The position numbers were made by a program, and so were the translations under genes. From Candidatus Fermentibacteraceae bacterium (lineage in GTDB: Bacteria > Fermentibacterota > Fermentibacteria > Fermentibacterales > JCC-6), in contig JAWLEP010000001.1 of assembly GCA_041686025.1 (NCBI GenBank), forward strand, positions 44,545 to 108,544: a stretch of DNA of 64,000 bases. The letters are read 5' to 3'. The notes beneath the pieces are model-generated. The model was not told where the DNA came from. It saw only the letters and a list, made by a program, of their open reading frames with translations, and did no database searches. Positions 17,759 through 27,868 of the stretch are shown piece after piece (the first letter of the stretch is position 1; each line of letters starts with the position of its first letter).

Positions 17759-18640
17759 GTGACCAAGGTAGATCTGCACACCCACAGTACGGCCTCCGAC
17801 GGCGCGCACACCCCCTCCGATCTTGTGGAGATGGCCTGCGCCAGGGGTCTCGGTGCGTTTGCAGTCAGTGATCACGATACGCTGGCGGGGGTTCCCGAGG
17901 CCTGCCTCGCGGCCTCGGCGCTGGGCCTTCCCCTGATCCCGGCGGTGGAGCTCAGCGTGGACCTGGCGTCCGGAGGCTCTGCGCACCTGCTGGGCTACTT
18001 CCCGGAGGCGGACCCGGACAGCCTCTGCTCCCCGGACACCTCTCTGGGCAGAGCCCTGAAGAGGGTCCGGGACGCCCGCTTCAGCAGGAACCCCAGGATA
18101 CTGAGCAGGCTGGCGGAGATGGGAATGCACGTACCCGAGGGCGAGGTGGCCAGGGCCGCCGGCCCCGGAGTGGTGGGGCGGCCCCACATCGCGCAGGTGA
18201 TGGTCAACCGCGGCTACGTGGGGAGCGAGCGTGAGGCCTTCGACCGCTTCCTGGCCAGGGGCCGGCCGGCCTACGTGGAGAGGCGGCGGCTGTCCGCGGA
18301 CAGCGCCATCGGTCTCATCCGCGACGAGGGCGGGCTGTCGGTTCTGGCCCATCCGGGCCTGATGCCCCGGCAGCCGGAGGAGATCTCGGCCCTGATAGGC
18401 TCCCTTGCCCAAAGGGGACTGGCCGGAGTGGAGGTCTACTACCCGGCCCACGACGGGGCCATGACCGCCCACCTGGAGAGGACGGCCCGGCGGTACGGGC
18501 TTGCTGTCAGCGGAGGAACGGATTACCATGGTGAGTGCTCGTCCGCCCGGCTGGGTGGAGACGATGAGTTCGCGGTGTACGCCCGCGATGTGTCCGAGTT
18601 TCTGGAGATGTGCTCGATAGAGCCGCTGAAGAAAGGATAG
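17759..18640 (+). CDS. PHP-domain phosphatase (TrpH/YciV-like)
   Basis: DLHTHSTASDG, SDHDT, HLLGY, GRPHIA, LAHP, GGTDYHG. Confidence 0.92.
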   Translation: MTKVDLHTHSTASDGAHTPSDLVEMACARGLGAFAVSDHDTLAGVPEACLAASALGLPLIPAVELSVDLASGGSAHLLGYFPEADPDSLCSPDTSLGRALKRVRDARFSRNPRILSRLAEMGMHVPEGEVARAAGPGVVGRPHIAQVMVNRGYVGSEREAFDRFLARGRPAYVERRRLSADSAIGLIRDEGGLSVLAHPGLMPRQPEEISALIGSLAQRGLAGVEVYYPAHDGAMTAHLERTARRYGLAVSGGTDYHGECSSARLGGDDEFAVYARDVSEFLEMCSIEPLKKG

Positions 18641-18643
18641 CGG

Positions 18644-18844
18644 ATGGCCAAGCTCAGCGACCTGGTCAGGAAGATCGACGCCACCGCCAAGTCCGGGGAC
18701 AGGGAAAAGGCCCTCAGCATGCTGGACGCCCTGCTGAAGAAGGTCCCCGACAACAAGGCGCTGCTGGCGCGCAAGGAGAAGTACTCCAAGGAACTGGAGC
18801 TGGACCGCCGGATATCCGCTCTGGAGGAGAAGTACGGCGCGTAG
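18644..18844 (+). CDS. Small helical hypothetical protein (66 aa)
   Basis: Typical codon usage, SD upstream, amphipathic helices. Confidence 0.75.
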   Translation: MAKLSDLVRKIDATAKSGDREKALSMLDALLKKVPDNKALLARKEKYSKELELDRRISALEEKYGA

Positions 18845-19622
18845 GGCCCTGCTGCTGGCGGCGGCCCTGGCCCTGATCGCCTGCGGGCCTTCCGTCCCCG
18901 ACAGGGAGGCTCTGGCCGGGGCCCGGGACACCTACGCCGCCAGGGTTGCCCTGGCCCTCCAGAGGCTGGACCTGTTCCAGATCCGGGGCCGGGCCGGCCT
19001 GGAGGGACCCAACCTGGTGGCGGAGGGCCCCTTCGTTCTCTGGGGCGACGCCGGCGTCCCCCTGCTGAGGGCCGACTTCTACGGCCCCGACGGACTCCCG
19101 GTTGTATCGCTGCGGTGCGACTCCTCGGGGGCGCTGGTCTACCTGCCGGACGAGGCCCGGGCCACCTTCTACAGGGGTGGGTTTCCCCTGGGCCCCGCAC
19201 TGGTGGGATGCGGCGACCTGGTGGGCATGGTCCGCACCGGATTTCCCCTGGTCCTGCCCCAGTGGATCCTGGCCCTGGGGGGGACTGTGGCCCCGCCTGC
19301 CGTACGCTGGACGCTGGTGTCGGCCCCCTCCGGCGGGGACACCATCACCGTGACCCTCCGGGAGGGGAGCGCCTTCCCCTCACTTTCCTGGCAAGAGGGC
19401 GAAGCCGAGGTCACCTCCGCCAGCCCCGGAGACATATACGAGGCCTGGCCCACCTCATGGAGGCTCAGAGGCCCCGAGCAGGGGCTGGAGATGAGCGTCC
19501 GCAGCATCTCCCGGCCTCAGCCGCCCCCGGAAAGCGTCTGGGGCCTGCATGTGCCGGTACCCGTGGACACCGTCCGCATGGACGCGCGATGGGTGCCCGG
19601 CTGGGAGATCCCCGACAGGTAA
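18834..19622 (+). CDS. Putative lipoprotein; start codon non-canonical or unresolved
   Basis: The frame of ORF 19017..19622 extends upstream to RRALLLAAALALIA-C (lipobox) with no ATG/GTG/TTG. Confidence 0.55.
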   Translation, partial: TARRALLLAAALALIACGPSVPDREALAGARDTYAARVALALQRLDLFQIRGRAGLEGPNLVAEGPFVLWGDAGVPLLRADFYGPDGLPVVSLRCDSSGALVYLPDEARATFYRGGFPLGPALVGCGDLVGMVRTGFPLVLPQWILALGGTVAPPAVRWTLVSAPSGGDTITVTLREGSAFPSLSWQEGEAEVTSASPGDIYEAWPTSWRLRGPEQGLEMSVRSISRPQPPPESVWGLHVPVPVDTVRMDARWVPGWEIPDR

Positions 19623-19772
19623 GGTGCGTTAACGAACGAGTGGAGCTGCGATAAACAACCTCTGAGAAGGGTAACTCTCCGGCCAGTTAACTGGAATGCT
19701 CCCCCCCCTCCGCCGTTGACGCAGACCCGCCTTTTGCTTATTCAACCGCCACATGAGACCGGAGGGAGCAGC

Positions 19773-20813
19773 TTGGGGTTCTTCAGCATTTTCACCAAGG
19801 GCAGAGGGTCTTTCCTCTCCACCTCCATGGCCATCGATCTGGGTACCGCAAACACGCTGGTCTACTCCAAGGGCAGGGGCATTGTGCTCGAGGAGCCCAG
19901 CGTGGTGGCCATCGAGCGCGAGACCGGCGACGTAGTGGCGGTGGGAGCGGAGGCCAAGGCCATGCTGGGCCGTACCGGGGGTGCCCTGGAGGCCATCCGT
20001 CCCCTCAAGGACGGCGTAATCACCAACGCCACGGCCACCATGGCCATGCTGCGGGCCTTCTTCGAGCGGGCCCAGAGCAGCCACATGTCCATGCGTCCGC
20101 GCGTACTGGTGTGCGTTCCCAGCGGGATAACCGAGGTGGAGGTCTCGGCGGTTCGCAACGCTTTGGAGCGTGCGGGCGCCAGAGAGGTGTTCCTGGTATC
20201 CGAGCCCATAGCGGCGGCGGTGGGCGTGGGCCTCCCTGTGTCCCGGCCGGTGGGCAACATGGTGGTGGACATAGGCGGTGGAACCACCGAGATAGCCGTG
20301 ATCAGCCTCTCGGCGATTGCGGCGAACAACTCCATACGCATTGGCGGGGACGAGATGAACGAAGCCATCGCCTCCTACCTCAAGAAGCACTACAGCCTGC
20401 TGGTGGGCGACCGGACCGCCGAGAACGTCAAGCTTACCCTGGGAACGGTGATGGAGAGCGACGACCGGGTGATGGACGTAAGCGGCCTTGACTTCGTAAA
20501 CGGCATACCCAGGACCTATCCCATACGCTCATCCGACGTCCGGGAGTCCCTGCAGGAGCCGGTGGCCGCCATCACGGAGGCCGTCCGGCACGGACTGGAG
20601 CGGACCCCCCCCGAGCTGGCCAGCGACATCGTCGACCGGGGCATAGTCCTTACCGGCGGCGGATCCACCCTCAGGGGCATAGCCGGCCTGCTCAGCAGCG
20701 AGACCGGCCTTCCCATCAGGGTGGCCGACAATCCGTTCTCGTGCACGGTCCTGGGCGCGGGGATCATACTGGAGGACATCTACACCTACAGAAAGCTTCT
20801 GCTGGAGGGTTAG
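19773..20813 (+). CDS. mreB: Rod shape-determining protein MreB
   Basis: AIDLGTANT, RPLKDGVI, DIGGGTT, LTGGG. TTG start after an SD. Confidence 0.96.
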   Translation: MGFFSIFTKGRGSFLSTSMAIDLGTANTLVYSKGRGIVLEEPSVVAIERETGDVVAVGAEAKAMLGRTGGALEAIRPLKDGVITNATATMAMLRAFFERAQSSHMSMRPRVLVCVPSGITEVEVSAVRNALERAGAREVFLVSEPIAAAVGVGLPVSRPVGNMVVDIGGGTTEIAVISLSAIAANNSIRIGGDEMNEAIASYLKKHYSLLVGDRTAENVKLTLGTVMESDDRVMDVSGLDFVNGIPRTYPIRSSDVRESLQEPVAAITEAVRHGLERTPPELASDIVDRGIVLTGGGSTLRGIAGLLSSETGLPIRVADNPFSCTVLGAGIILEDIYTYRKLLLEG

Positions 20814-20814
20814 C

Positions 20815-21600
20815 ATGGCCCCCATGGGAGGCGGGAACCGGGGCGGCAGCGGCAGGGGGAGGTTCTACCTCTACCTGGCGGTGTCCCTTCTGCTGCTGGT
20901 CTTCGGCGGAGGTGCCTTCAGCGGGGCTGCCGGCTGGCTGGGCGCCCGTTTCGCCGATCTGGTGGCGGGGGACTCCCGGCGGCCGGAGACCGCCAGGCTG
21001 CGGGAGGCGGTCACCGCCCTCTCCCTGGAGAACGCCAGGCTGCGGGAGGCGGCCCTGAAGTCCGAGAGGTACCGGAGGATGCTGGGCATCACCAGGACGG
21101 TGAGCAGGGAGACCGTGGCCGGACGGGTGCTCTACCGCTCCGAGGGCATAGTGGCCGGAATGGAGATGGTCCTGGACAGGGGCCGGGAGGACGGGGTGGA
21201 GGAGGGGGCGGTGTGCATGACCCCTGCGGGGCTGGTGGGAGTGGTGGACCGGGTCGACGAGGCCACCTGCGTCGCCCTTCCCATAACCAATCCCGCGGTC
21301 CAGGTGGCGGCGGCGGTGTATCCCTCCGGCGCCATGGGCATAGTCCGGTCGGACGCCAGGGGACGGATGGACATGGTCCACGTGGACATAGCCGCTGCCG
21401 TAGGCCCCGGGGACAGGGTCTACACCGTAAGCGCCGGCGGCACCCTCTATCCCGCCGGCATACTGGTGGGTGAGGTGAGCAGCCTGGAGGAGGGCCAGCC
21501 GGGTCTGGAGAAGAGGTTCAGGCTGAAGCCCGCCGTGGAGATGGAGTCCGTCGAGGAGGTCATCATCCTGCTGCCTCCCGCAGCGGACGGCGAGACATGA
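20815..21600 (+). CDS. mreC: Rod shape-determining protein MreC
   Basis: N-terminal TM, ENARLR coil, LDRG..DGV, YPAGI.VG; synteny. Confidence 0.9.
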   Translation: MAPMGGGNRGGSGRGRFYLYLAVSLLLLVFGGGAFSGAAGWLGARFADLVAGDSRRPETARLREAVTALSLENARLREAALKSERYRRMLGITRTVSRETVAGRVLYRSEGIVAGMEMVLDRGREDGVEEGAVCMTPAGLVGVVDRVDEATCVALPITNPAVQVAAAVYPSGAMGIVRSDARGRMDMVHVDIAAAVGPGDRVYTVSAGGTLYPAGILVGEVSSLEEGQPGLEKRFRLKPAVEMESVEEVIILLPPAADGET

Positions 21601-22091
21601 CCGCAGGGACCGCCGGCTCCCTGGCGGCCATGGGCCTGGCCATCGCCGGCCAGCTCCTTCTGGAGGCCGCCCTTCCCTCCCGGGCGGTTCCCAACATCTA
21701 CCTGCTTACGCTCATCTACCTCTGCCACAACCGGCACCCCCGATGGAGGACCGACGGCGCCTTCTGGTCGGGCCTGGTGATGGGCGCCATGCTCAGTCAG
21801 CCGCCGGGTGCCTACTCCCTGGCCGCCCTCCTGGCCGTGTTCCTGGCCTTCTCGGTCCGGGGAGCCCTGGCCAGGCGCTCCTCGCTGGGAATGCTCCTGG
21901 AGGTAGCGGTGGCCTCCCTGGTCTTCGACCTGGTTGCGGTACTGCTGCTGGGCAGGCCGGTGCTGGTGAGCCTTCCCGCCTACCTGACGCCGCTGGCCTG
22001 GCGGGCGGTCCTGACCTCTGCCGTGTTCCTTCTGGTCTCGCTCCTCTCCGGCTTCGCCCGACTGCTTCCCCGGGCCCCGGCCCGCAGATGA
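21597..22091 (+). CDS. mreD: Rod shape-determining protein MreD
   Basis: Hydrophobic 164-aa protein between mreC and mrdA. Confidence 0.8.
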   Translation: MTAGTAGSLAAMGLAIAGQLLLEAALPSRAVPNIYLLTLIYLCHNRHPRWRTDGAFWSGLVMGAMLSQPPGAYSLAALLAVFLAFSVRGALARRSSLGMLLEVAVASLVFDLVAVLLLGRPVLVSLPAYLTPLAWRAVLTSAVFLLVSLLSGFARLLPRAPARR

Positions 22092-23833
22092 GGACGGAGA
22101 GCTTCTCCCGCAGCGGCTGGCCCTGGAAGACCTACATGGCCGTGCTGATCCTGGGCGTGGCCGTGATCCTGGCCCGTCTGGTCTACCTCCAGGTGATCAG
22201 GGGCGACTACTACGCCCGTCTGGCCGAGAGGAACCACATGAGGGTGATAGAGCGGCCGGCCCCCAGGGGGGTCATCCTGGACAGGGAGGGCAGGGTCCTG
22301 GCGGACAGCAGGACGGTCTTCATGGTATCGGTGGTGCCGGCGGAGTTCGACTCCGCCGACGTCCGGCTGCTGGGCCGGCTTCTTCACATGGACCCCGCCG
22401 GGGTCGAGGCCGAGGTTCAGCGGGCCAGCATGAGATCTTCCTACATTCCCTGCGCCATCAGCACCGGCCTTACCGTGGCGGAGGTGGCCGGGCTGGCGGA
22501 CAACATCCACAGGCTGGGAGGAGTGATACTGGATGCCGTCCCCCAGAGACGCTACCCCATGGGACGCGCCCTCTGCCATCTGCTGGGACACGTGGGACCC
22601 TCGCAGGAGGGGGGAATGGGAGGACGAATCGTGGGAAGGGCGGGGCTGGAGGCGGTATTCGACACGCACCTGCAGGGGACGCCCGGATACCGGCGCGAGA
22701 TCGTGGACGCCTACGGCCGGGTGGTGGAGGAGTTCGGTGACCCCGGGGACAAGCTTGCCGTACCGGGTGATTCGCTGAGGCTGGCCGTGGACGCCTCCCT
22801 GCAGCAGCTGGCGGTGGATCGGCTGGAGGTCTCGGGCCGCCCCGGAGCGATGGTGGTCCTGGACTGGCGCACGGGCGACGCCCTCTGCCTGGCTTCCTGG
22901 CCCACGTTCCCGCCCAACAGGCTCAGCAGCGGAATCACCGAGGCCGGATGGGACAGCCTGGCCGGCAGCGCGGAGAAGCCCATGCTGTCCCGGGCCTGGG
23001 CCGCCTCCTACCCGCCGGCGTCCACATTCAAGCTGGTAACCGCCGCCTACCTGCTGGAGCGGGGGCTCATGGGGCCCGACTACCTTCCGGACCCCTGCTA
23101 CGGCACCTACCGGCTGGGGGGTACCGAGTTCGGCTGCTGGACCAGCCACGGCCGGCTGGACGTGGTGGACGCCCTGGCCTACTCCTGCAACGTCTTCTTC
23201 TACCAGGCGGTGCAGCTGGGCAGCGTGGACGGTCTGGCGGAGTTCGCCGGGTCCATGGGTCTGGGCAGGAGGGTGACGCAGGTGCTGAGGGAGGAACGGG
23301 TCGGCCTGGTGCCGGACGCCGCGGACCTGGACCGGATGTACGGCTCCGACGGATGGGGAAGGGGCAACCTCCTCAACCTGGGCGTGGGGCAGGGCGAGCT
23401 CCTGGTGACGCCGCTGCAGATGGCGGCCCTGGCCGGCAGGATCGCCGGCGGCGGCAGCATGCCCCCGGTCAGGGTGATTCTCTCCGCCGATACCGCCATC
23501 TCCCGGCCGCACGTTCCCGCTGCGGGCCTCTCGGACTCCACCATGCAGGTCCTGGTTGCGGGCATGCGCCGGGCGGTGACCTACAGCGACGGAACGCTGC
23601 ACAGAGCCATGGGAGACCTTCCCTGGGCCGTCTACGGCAAGACCGGTACCGCCGAGGTGCCGGGTGAGCCCCATTCCTGGACCATCGGGTTCCTCAGGGA
23701 GCCCCGGCCGCTGGCCTTCGCCGTGGTGGTGGAGAACGCCGGCTCGGGGGGGGCCGCCGCCGCCGAGGTGGCTGCCGGCGTTCTGCGCCGGTACCTGGCC
23801 GCGGACGGTTTCCCCGCCGGGGGAGGTAGCTGA
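22088..23833 (+). CDS. mrdA: Penicillin-binding protein 2
   Basis: APRG.I.DR.G; catalytic motifs STFK, SCN, KTG. Confidence 0.93.
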   Translation: MRTESFSRSGWPWKTYMAVLILGVAVILARLVYLQVIRGDYYARLAERNHMRVIERPAPRGVILDREGRVLADSRTVFMVSVVPAEFDSADVRLLGRLLHMDPAGVEAEVQRASMRSSYIPCAISTGLTVAEVAGLADNIHRLGGVILDAVPQRRYPMGRALCHLLGHVGPSQEGGMGGRIVGRAGLEAVFDTHLQGTPGYRREIVDAYGRVVEEFGDPGDKLAVPGDSLRLAVDASLQQLAVDRLEVSGRPGAMVVLDWRTGDALCLASWPTFPPNRLSSGITEAGWDSLAGSAEKPMLSRAWAASYPPASTFKLVTAAYLLERGLMGPDYLPDPCYGTYRLGGTEFGCWTSHGRLDVVDALAYSCNVFFYQAVQLGSVDGLAEFAGSMGLGRRVTQVLREERVGLVPDAADLDRMYGSDGWGRGNLLNLGVGQGELLVTPLQMAALAGRIAGGGSMPPVRVILSADTAISRPHVPAAGLSDSTMQVLVAGMRRAVTYSDGTLHRAMGDLPWAVYGKTGTAEVPGEPHSWTIGFLREPRPLAFAVVVENAGSGGAAAAEVAAGVLRRYLAADGFPAGGGS

Positions 23834-25032
23834 TGCGCAAGCGTGAGCGTCCCGACCTGTTCCTGCTCCTGGCCCTGGCAGTGGTGCTCGCCGTGGGGCT
23901 TCTCACCCTCTACTCTGCCTCCCGGGCGCTGGAGAGCGGGAGCATCTTCACCAGGCAGCTGATCTGGGTGGGACTGGGACTGGGGGCCATGGGGGCCGGC
24001 TACTCCCTCTCCGGCAGGATGGTGGACGAGATGTCCACCTTCGCGTGGGCCGCGGTCTGCCTGCTGCTGGTGCTGGTCATCCCCCTGGGCTCCGGCCCCG
24101 CCGGCAGGTGGATCGTGCTGGGTCCCGTGGGGATCCAGCCCTCCGAGCTGGCCAAGGCGGTGCTGATACTCATCGTGGCCAAGCGGCTGGTGGAGATGCG
24201 GCGGAGGCGGACCCGGAGCAGGGAGCTGGGCGTTCTGTTGTTCGCCCTTCCGCTGGTGGCCCTCACCTGGATGCAGCCCGACCTGGGAACCGCCGCCTTC
24301 ATGTGCCTGCTGACCCTGGCCATGTTCATGTGGGCCGGCTTCGGTCCCGAGTGGCTGTTCCTGCTTCTCAGCCCCCTGCTGGCGGCGCTCTCCTCCATGC
24401 ACGTGCTGCTGTGGGCCGGCTTCACGCTGCTGCTGGTGGTGGTCCTGGTCCGCAGGAAGCTGGGCTTCGGCAGATGGCTCCTGTTCCTGGGCGGAAACAC
24501 CGCCATCGCCGCGGCCACGCCCATGATCTGGAACCTGCTGAAGCCCTATCAGCAGCAGCGGCTGATCACCTTCATAAACCCCGCCGCAGACCCCCAGGGC
24601 GCCGGCTGGAACATCATCCAGTCCCAGGTGGCCATAGGCTCCGGCGGTGTCACGGGACAGGGCTTCCTTCACGGCGCGCAGAAGGGACTGGCCTTCCTCC
24701 CGGCGCGGCACACGGACTTCGTCTTCTCCGTCTGGGCCGAGGAGACGGGGCTCCTGGGCTGCCTGCTGCTGCTGGCGGCCTACTGGGTGCTGATCTGGCG
24801 GCTGGTGGTGACGGCGCGCAGGTCCGTAAGTCCCTTCAGCTCCCTGATGGTGGCCGGCATTGCCGCGTTCTTCATGCTGCACCTGTTCGTGAACGTGGGG
24901 ATGGCCCTCGGCCTCATGCCGGTGACCGGCCTGCCGCTCCCCCTGGTCAGCTACGGCGGCAGCAGCATGGTCACCAGCCTGTTCCTCCTGGGCCTGGCCC
25001 TCCGGGCCGGGGTCTCGTGGCGCGTGATCTGA
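23833..25032 (+). CDS. rodA: SEDS peptidoglycan polymerase RodA
   Basis: RWI, IQPSE..K, QPDLGT, HTDFVFS, PVTGLPLP..SYGGSS. Confidence 0.95.
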   Translation: MRKRERPDLFLLLALAVVLAVGLLTLYSASRALESGSIFTRQLIWVGLGLGAMGAGYSLSGRMVDEMSTFAWAAVCLLLVLVIPLGSGPAGRWIVLGPVGIQPSELAKAVLILIVAKRLVEMRRRRTRSRELGVLLFALPLVALTWMQPDLGTAAFMCLLTLAMFMWAGFGPEWLFLLLSPLLAALSSMHVLLWAGFTLLLVVVLVRRKLGFGRWLLFLGGNTAIAAATPMIWNLLKPYQQQRLITFINPAADPQGAGWNIIQSQVAIGSGGVTGQGFLHGAQKGLAFLPARHTDFVFSVWAEETGLLGCLLLLAAYWVLIWRLVVTARRSVSPFSSLMVAGIAAFFMLHLFVNVGMALGLMPVTGLPLPLVSYGGSSMVTSLFLLGLALRAGVSWRVI

Positions 25033-25106
25033 ACCCCCGCGGGTGGTGACGACAAGTCGGGGGTTGGGTAGAATTACCCTTCCGTCACGCACTCGAGAGG
25101 AAAGCC

Positions 25107-25919
25107 ATGCATCCCGATCTCTTCCACATCGGATCGCTTCCCGTAAAGAGCTACGGCCTGATGCTGGCCATCTCCTTCCTCCTGGGCCTGAAGCTGGCCC
25201 AGGTGAGGGGACGGAGGCTGGGCATAGACCCTTCCCGTCTGGCCGATCTGGCCATAGTGGTCATGGTGGCCGCCATCGTCGGCTCGCGGCTCTTCTACGT
25301 GCTGACCCACATGGACCAGTACCGGGGAGACTGGCTGGACGCCATCGCGTTCTGGAAGGGGCTCTACGGCCTCAGCATGCTGGGAGGCGTGCTGCTGGCA
25401 GTGGTCAGCGGCTTCGTCATGATGCTTCTCCGGCGCTGGCCGGTCTGGAAGCTGGCCGACGCCGTGATCCCCTCCTTTGCCCTGGGGATATTCATAACCC
25501 GCATAGGCTGCTACCTGAACGGCTGCTGCTTCGGCATACCCACCGACAGCTGGGTCGGCGTCTGCTTTCCCCGGGGATCGCTTCCATCCCAGGCCCTGGG
25601 CTGGCCGCACAGCATCCATCCGGCGCAGCTCTACCTCTCGGTGGCGGGTCTGTACCTGCTTCTGGTCCTGCTGTGGGCCGACCGCCGCCGCCACTTCCCC
25701 GGCTTCATCTTCAGCCTCTTCCTGGCCCTGTACGGAGCCACCAGGCTCGGAGTCGAAGAGCTGCGCTACTTCGACCATGCGCCTGACATGATGCTGGGCT
25801 ACAGCGAGATAGCCGGCCGACCGGGCGTAACCGACAACCAGCTGATCAGCCTGGCCATGGTCCTGGGAGGACTGCTCCTGGGGGGCGGTCTGCTGCTGTG
25901 GCACAGGCGGAGGGGCTGA
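25107..25919 (+). CDS. lgt: Prolipoprotein diacylglyceryl transferase
   Basis: SYGLM, GSRLFYV, RIGCYLNGCCFG, HPAQLY. Confidence 0.93.
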   Translation: MHPDLFHIGSLPVKSYGLMLAISFLLGLKLAQVRGRRLGIDPSRLADLAIVVMVAAIVGSRLFYVLTHMDQYRGDWLDAIAFWKGLYGLSMLGGVLLAVVSGFVMMLLRRWPVWKLADAVIPSFALGIFITRIGCYLNGCCFGIPTDSWVGVCFPRGSLPSQALGWPHSIHPAQLYLSVAGLYLLLVLLWADRRRHFPGFIFSLFLALYGATRLGVEELRYFDHAPDMMLGYSEIAGRPGVTDNQLISLAMVLGGLLLGGGLLLWHRRRG

Positions 25920-26533
25920 CCTTTCTCGCCGGCCGGGTGTGCTGCCTCTGCGGGGCCGGGATATCCCGCGGCCGGCGCCTCTGCGACTGGTGCCGCCTGC
26001 GCCTGTACGCGTCGTCGGGGAAGCGCGACGCCTTCGGGGTCCCGGTGCGCAGCGCGCTGCTGCACGCGGGTTCGGGCGGATGGCTGGTCCGCCGGCTGAA
26101 GTTCGACCGGGTACGGGCGGCGGCCGCGGCGGCCGCGGTGATCATCCGACAGCGCCTGGGTGACTGGACCGCCGCCTCGGACTGGCTGGTACCCATGCCA
26201 CTGTCGCGAAGGCGCTTTCGGGAACGGGGCTTCAACCAGGCCGGGCTGATCTCCCGGCATCTCTCCGGTCTGACGGGGGTTCCCGTGGCCCCCCTTCTCT
26301 CCCGGCGCCACCGTCGGGCGCAGGTGGGGCTGGACAGGGCGGAGAGGCTCCGGAACGTCAGGGGCGCCTACCGATGCGGCAGACCCCCGCAGAAGGGAGC
26401 ACGGATCTGTCTGGTGGACGACGTGATGACAACCGGAAGCTCACTGGGAGACGCAGGAAGGGCCCTCAGGGAGGCGGGCGCGGACGAGGTAAGGGCCGTC
26501 ACCCTGACCTACCGGTCACCACGTTCACTGTGA
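25898..26533 (+). CDS. comF: ComF family protein (double Zn-ribbon + PRTase)
   Basis: CxxC..CxxC, RERGFNQA, LVDDVMTTGSSL. Confidence 0.88.
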   Translation: MAQAEGLTFLAGRVCCLCGAGISRGRRLCDWCRLRLYASSGKRDAFGVPVRSALLHAGSGGWLVRRLKFDRVRAAAAAAAVIIRQRLGDWTAASDWLVPMPLSRRRFRERGFNQAGLISRHLSGLTGVPVAPLLSRRHRRAQVGLDRAERLRNVRGAYRCGRPPQKGARICLVDDVMTTGSSLGDAGRALREAGADEVRAVTLTYRSPRSL

Positions 26534-26631
26534 TATTATCGAGAAGGGTGGAAGGAGTCCGGCCCTTTGGTGCCAGATGCCGGCACCGGGGCCGGAGGAA
26601 GAAGGCTACCATATGACGACCGGGGGGTAAG

Positions 26632-27807
26632 ATGGTGCACAAGATGAGATTCGACGTCAGAGACATTCCAGCGGCCGCCAGGTACGGTCTCAGTGCCAGG
26701 AAGCTCTGGATCTACGTCAAGGCCCTGCTCTTCGGGTGGGCCTGCCTGTTCATCTTCGTCAACCTCGGGTATCTGGCCGCAGGAGCCTCCCTGGGGCACG
26801 TCTGGGACGGCGGGAGGCTGCTGCCCCTGCCGCAGGGCGTATTCTGGGAGAGCGTCCCGGCCGTTGTGCTTCTGGCCGTGGGGCTGCTTCTGGCCCTGGT
26901 GGCCCTTCTCCGCGGGTCGCTGAAGGTGGCGAGGATCGCCTTCGAGCAGACCAGGGGGGACGACTTCTACTCGGGCAAGGATGCCGAGGCCTTCGCCAAA
27001 GAGCACTTCAAGCCGGTGCTGGTCACCCCGCTGGTGCTTCTGGTGGGCATAGCGCTGGCCGTGGCCGGCGGCATCATCCTGGGCCTGCTGGCCAGCATTC
27101 CCGGCGGCGTGGGGCCGGTGATAGCCGGCCTCGGAGCCGTACCCGCCTGGGGACTGGCCCTGCTGGTGGTGCTGGGGGTCGTGGCCTTCGTGGCGTCGTT
27201 CTGCCTGGTGCCCGCCATAGTCGCCAGCACCAAGGGCGACACCTTCGAGAGCCTCTTCGAGCTCTTCTCCACACTGACCAGCCAGCCCTGGAGGCTGGTG
27301 CTGTACGGCCTGCTCTCAGCGGCGGTGCGCCTGGTGGGCCTGGCGGTGTTCGCCGCCTTCGCGGCGGCGGCTCTGAAGTTCGTCTCCCTTACCATGTCGC
27401 CGATCACCGGAGGGGACATCTTCTACGATACGGTCGCCTCGGGCCTGCGGGTTCTGGCTCCGGCGGTAGTGGGTGTCGGCTCCACCATCTTCAGCCCGGT
27501 GGGGGCTGTGGCCTCCGGTCCCGCCTGGACCGGCCTGGGAGGCGTTCTGTGCGCCATATCGGGAGTGCTGATCTTCCTGACAGTGGCCTCCTACTGGCTC
27601 TCCTCCTGCACCTCCGGCTGGACCCTCATCTACCTGGCACTGCGGCACCGCAAGGACGGAGAGGATCTGCTGCAGCGCGCCGACGACGAGGAGTACAGGG
27701 AGTTCGAGAAGGAGTACGGCAGCGCCGACGAGGCGGCGGAGCGGCAGACCCCTTCGGCAGCGGAGCCGGAGGCGTCTTCCGATGACAATGACGAGGAAGA
27801 GGAGTAG
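26632..27807 (+). CDS. Polytopic membrane hypothetical protein with acidic tail
   Basis: Multiple TM segments, typical codon usage. Confidence 0.8.
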   Translation: MVHKMRFDVRDIPAAARYGLSARKLWIYVKALLFGWACLFIFVNLGYLAAGASLGHVWDGGRLLPLPQGVFWESVPAVVLLAVGLLLALVALLRGSLKVARIAFEQTRGDDFYSGKDAEAFAKEHFKPVLVTPLVLLVGIALAVAGGIILGLLASIPGGVGPVIAGLGAVPAWGLALLVVLGVVAFVASFCLVPAIVASTKGDTFESLFELFSTLTSQPWRLVLYGLLSAAVRLVGLAVFAAFAAAALKFVSLTMSPITGGDIFYDTVASGLRVLAPAVVGVGSTIFSPVGAVASGPAWTGLGGVLCAISGVLIFLTVASYWLSSCTSGWTLIYLALRHRKDGEDLLQRADDEEYREFEKEYGSADEAAERQTPSAAEPEASSDDNDEEEE

Positions 27808-27868
27808 CGGTCCGGTCCAGGCCCCGGCGGCCGTTCGAGACTGAGGGCCCCTAGCTCAGAGAGGTTTC

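Noticed and set aside
19623..19712. TPP or glycine riboswitch upstream of mreB (CTGAGA, GGAGC/GCTCC, CCAGTTAACTGG palindrome)
   Set aside because: The remaining conserved riboswitch motifs are absent and the gene context does not fit.
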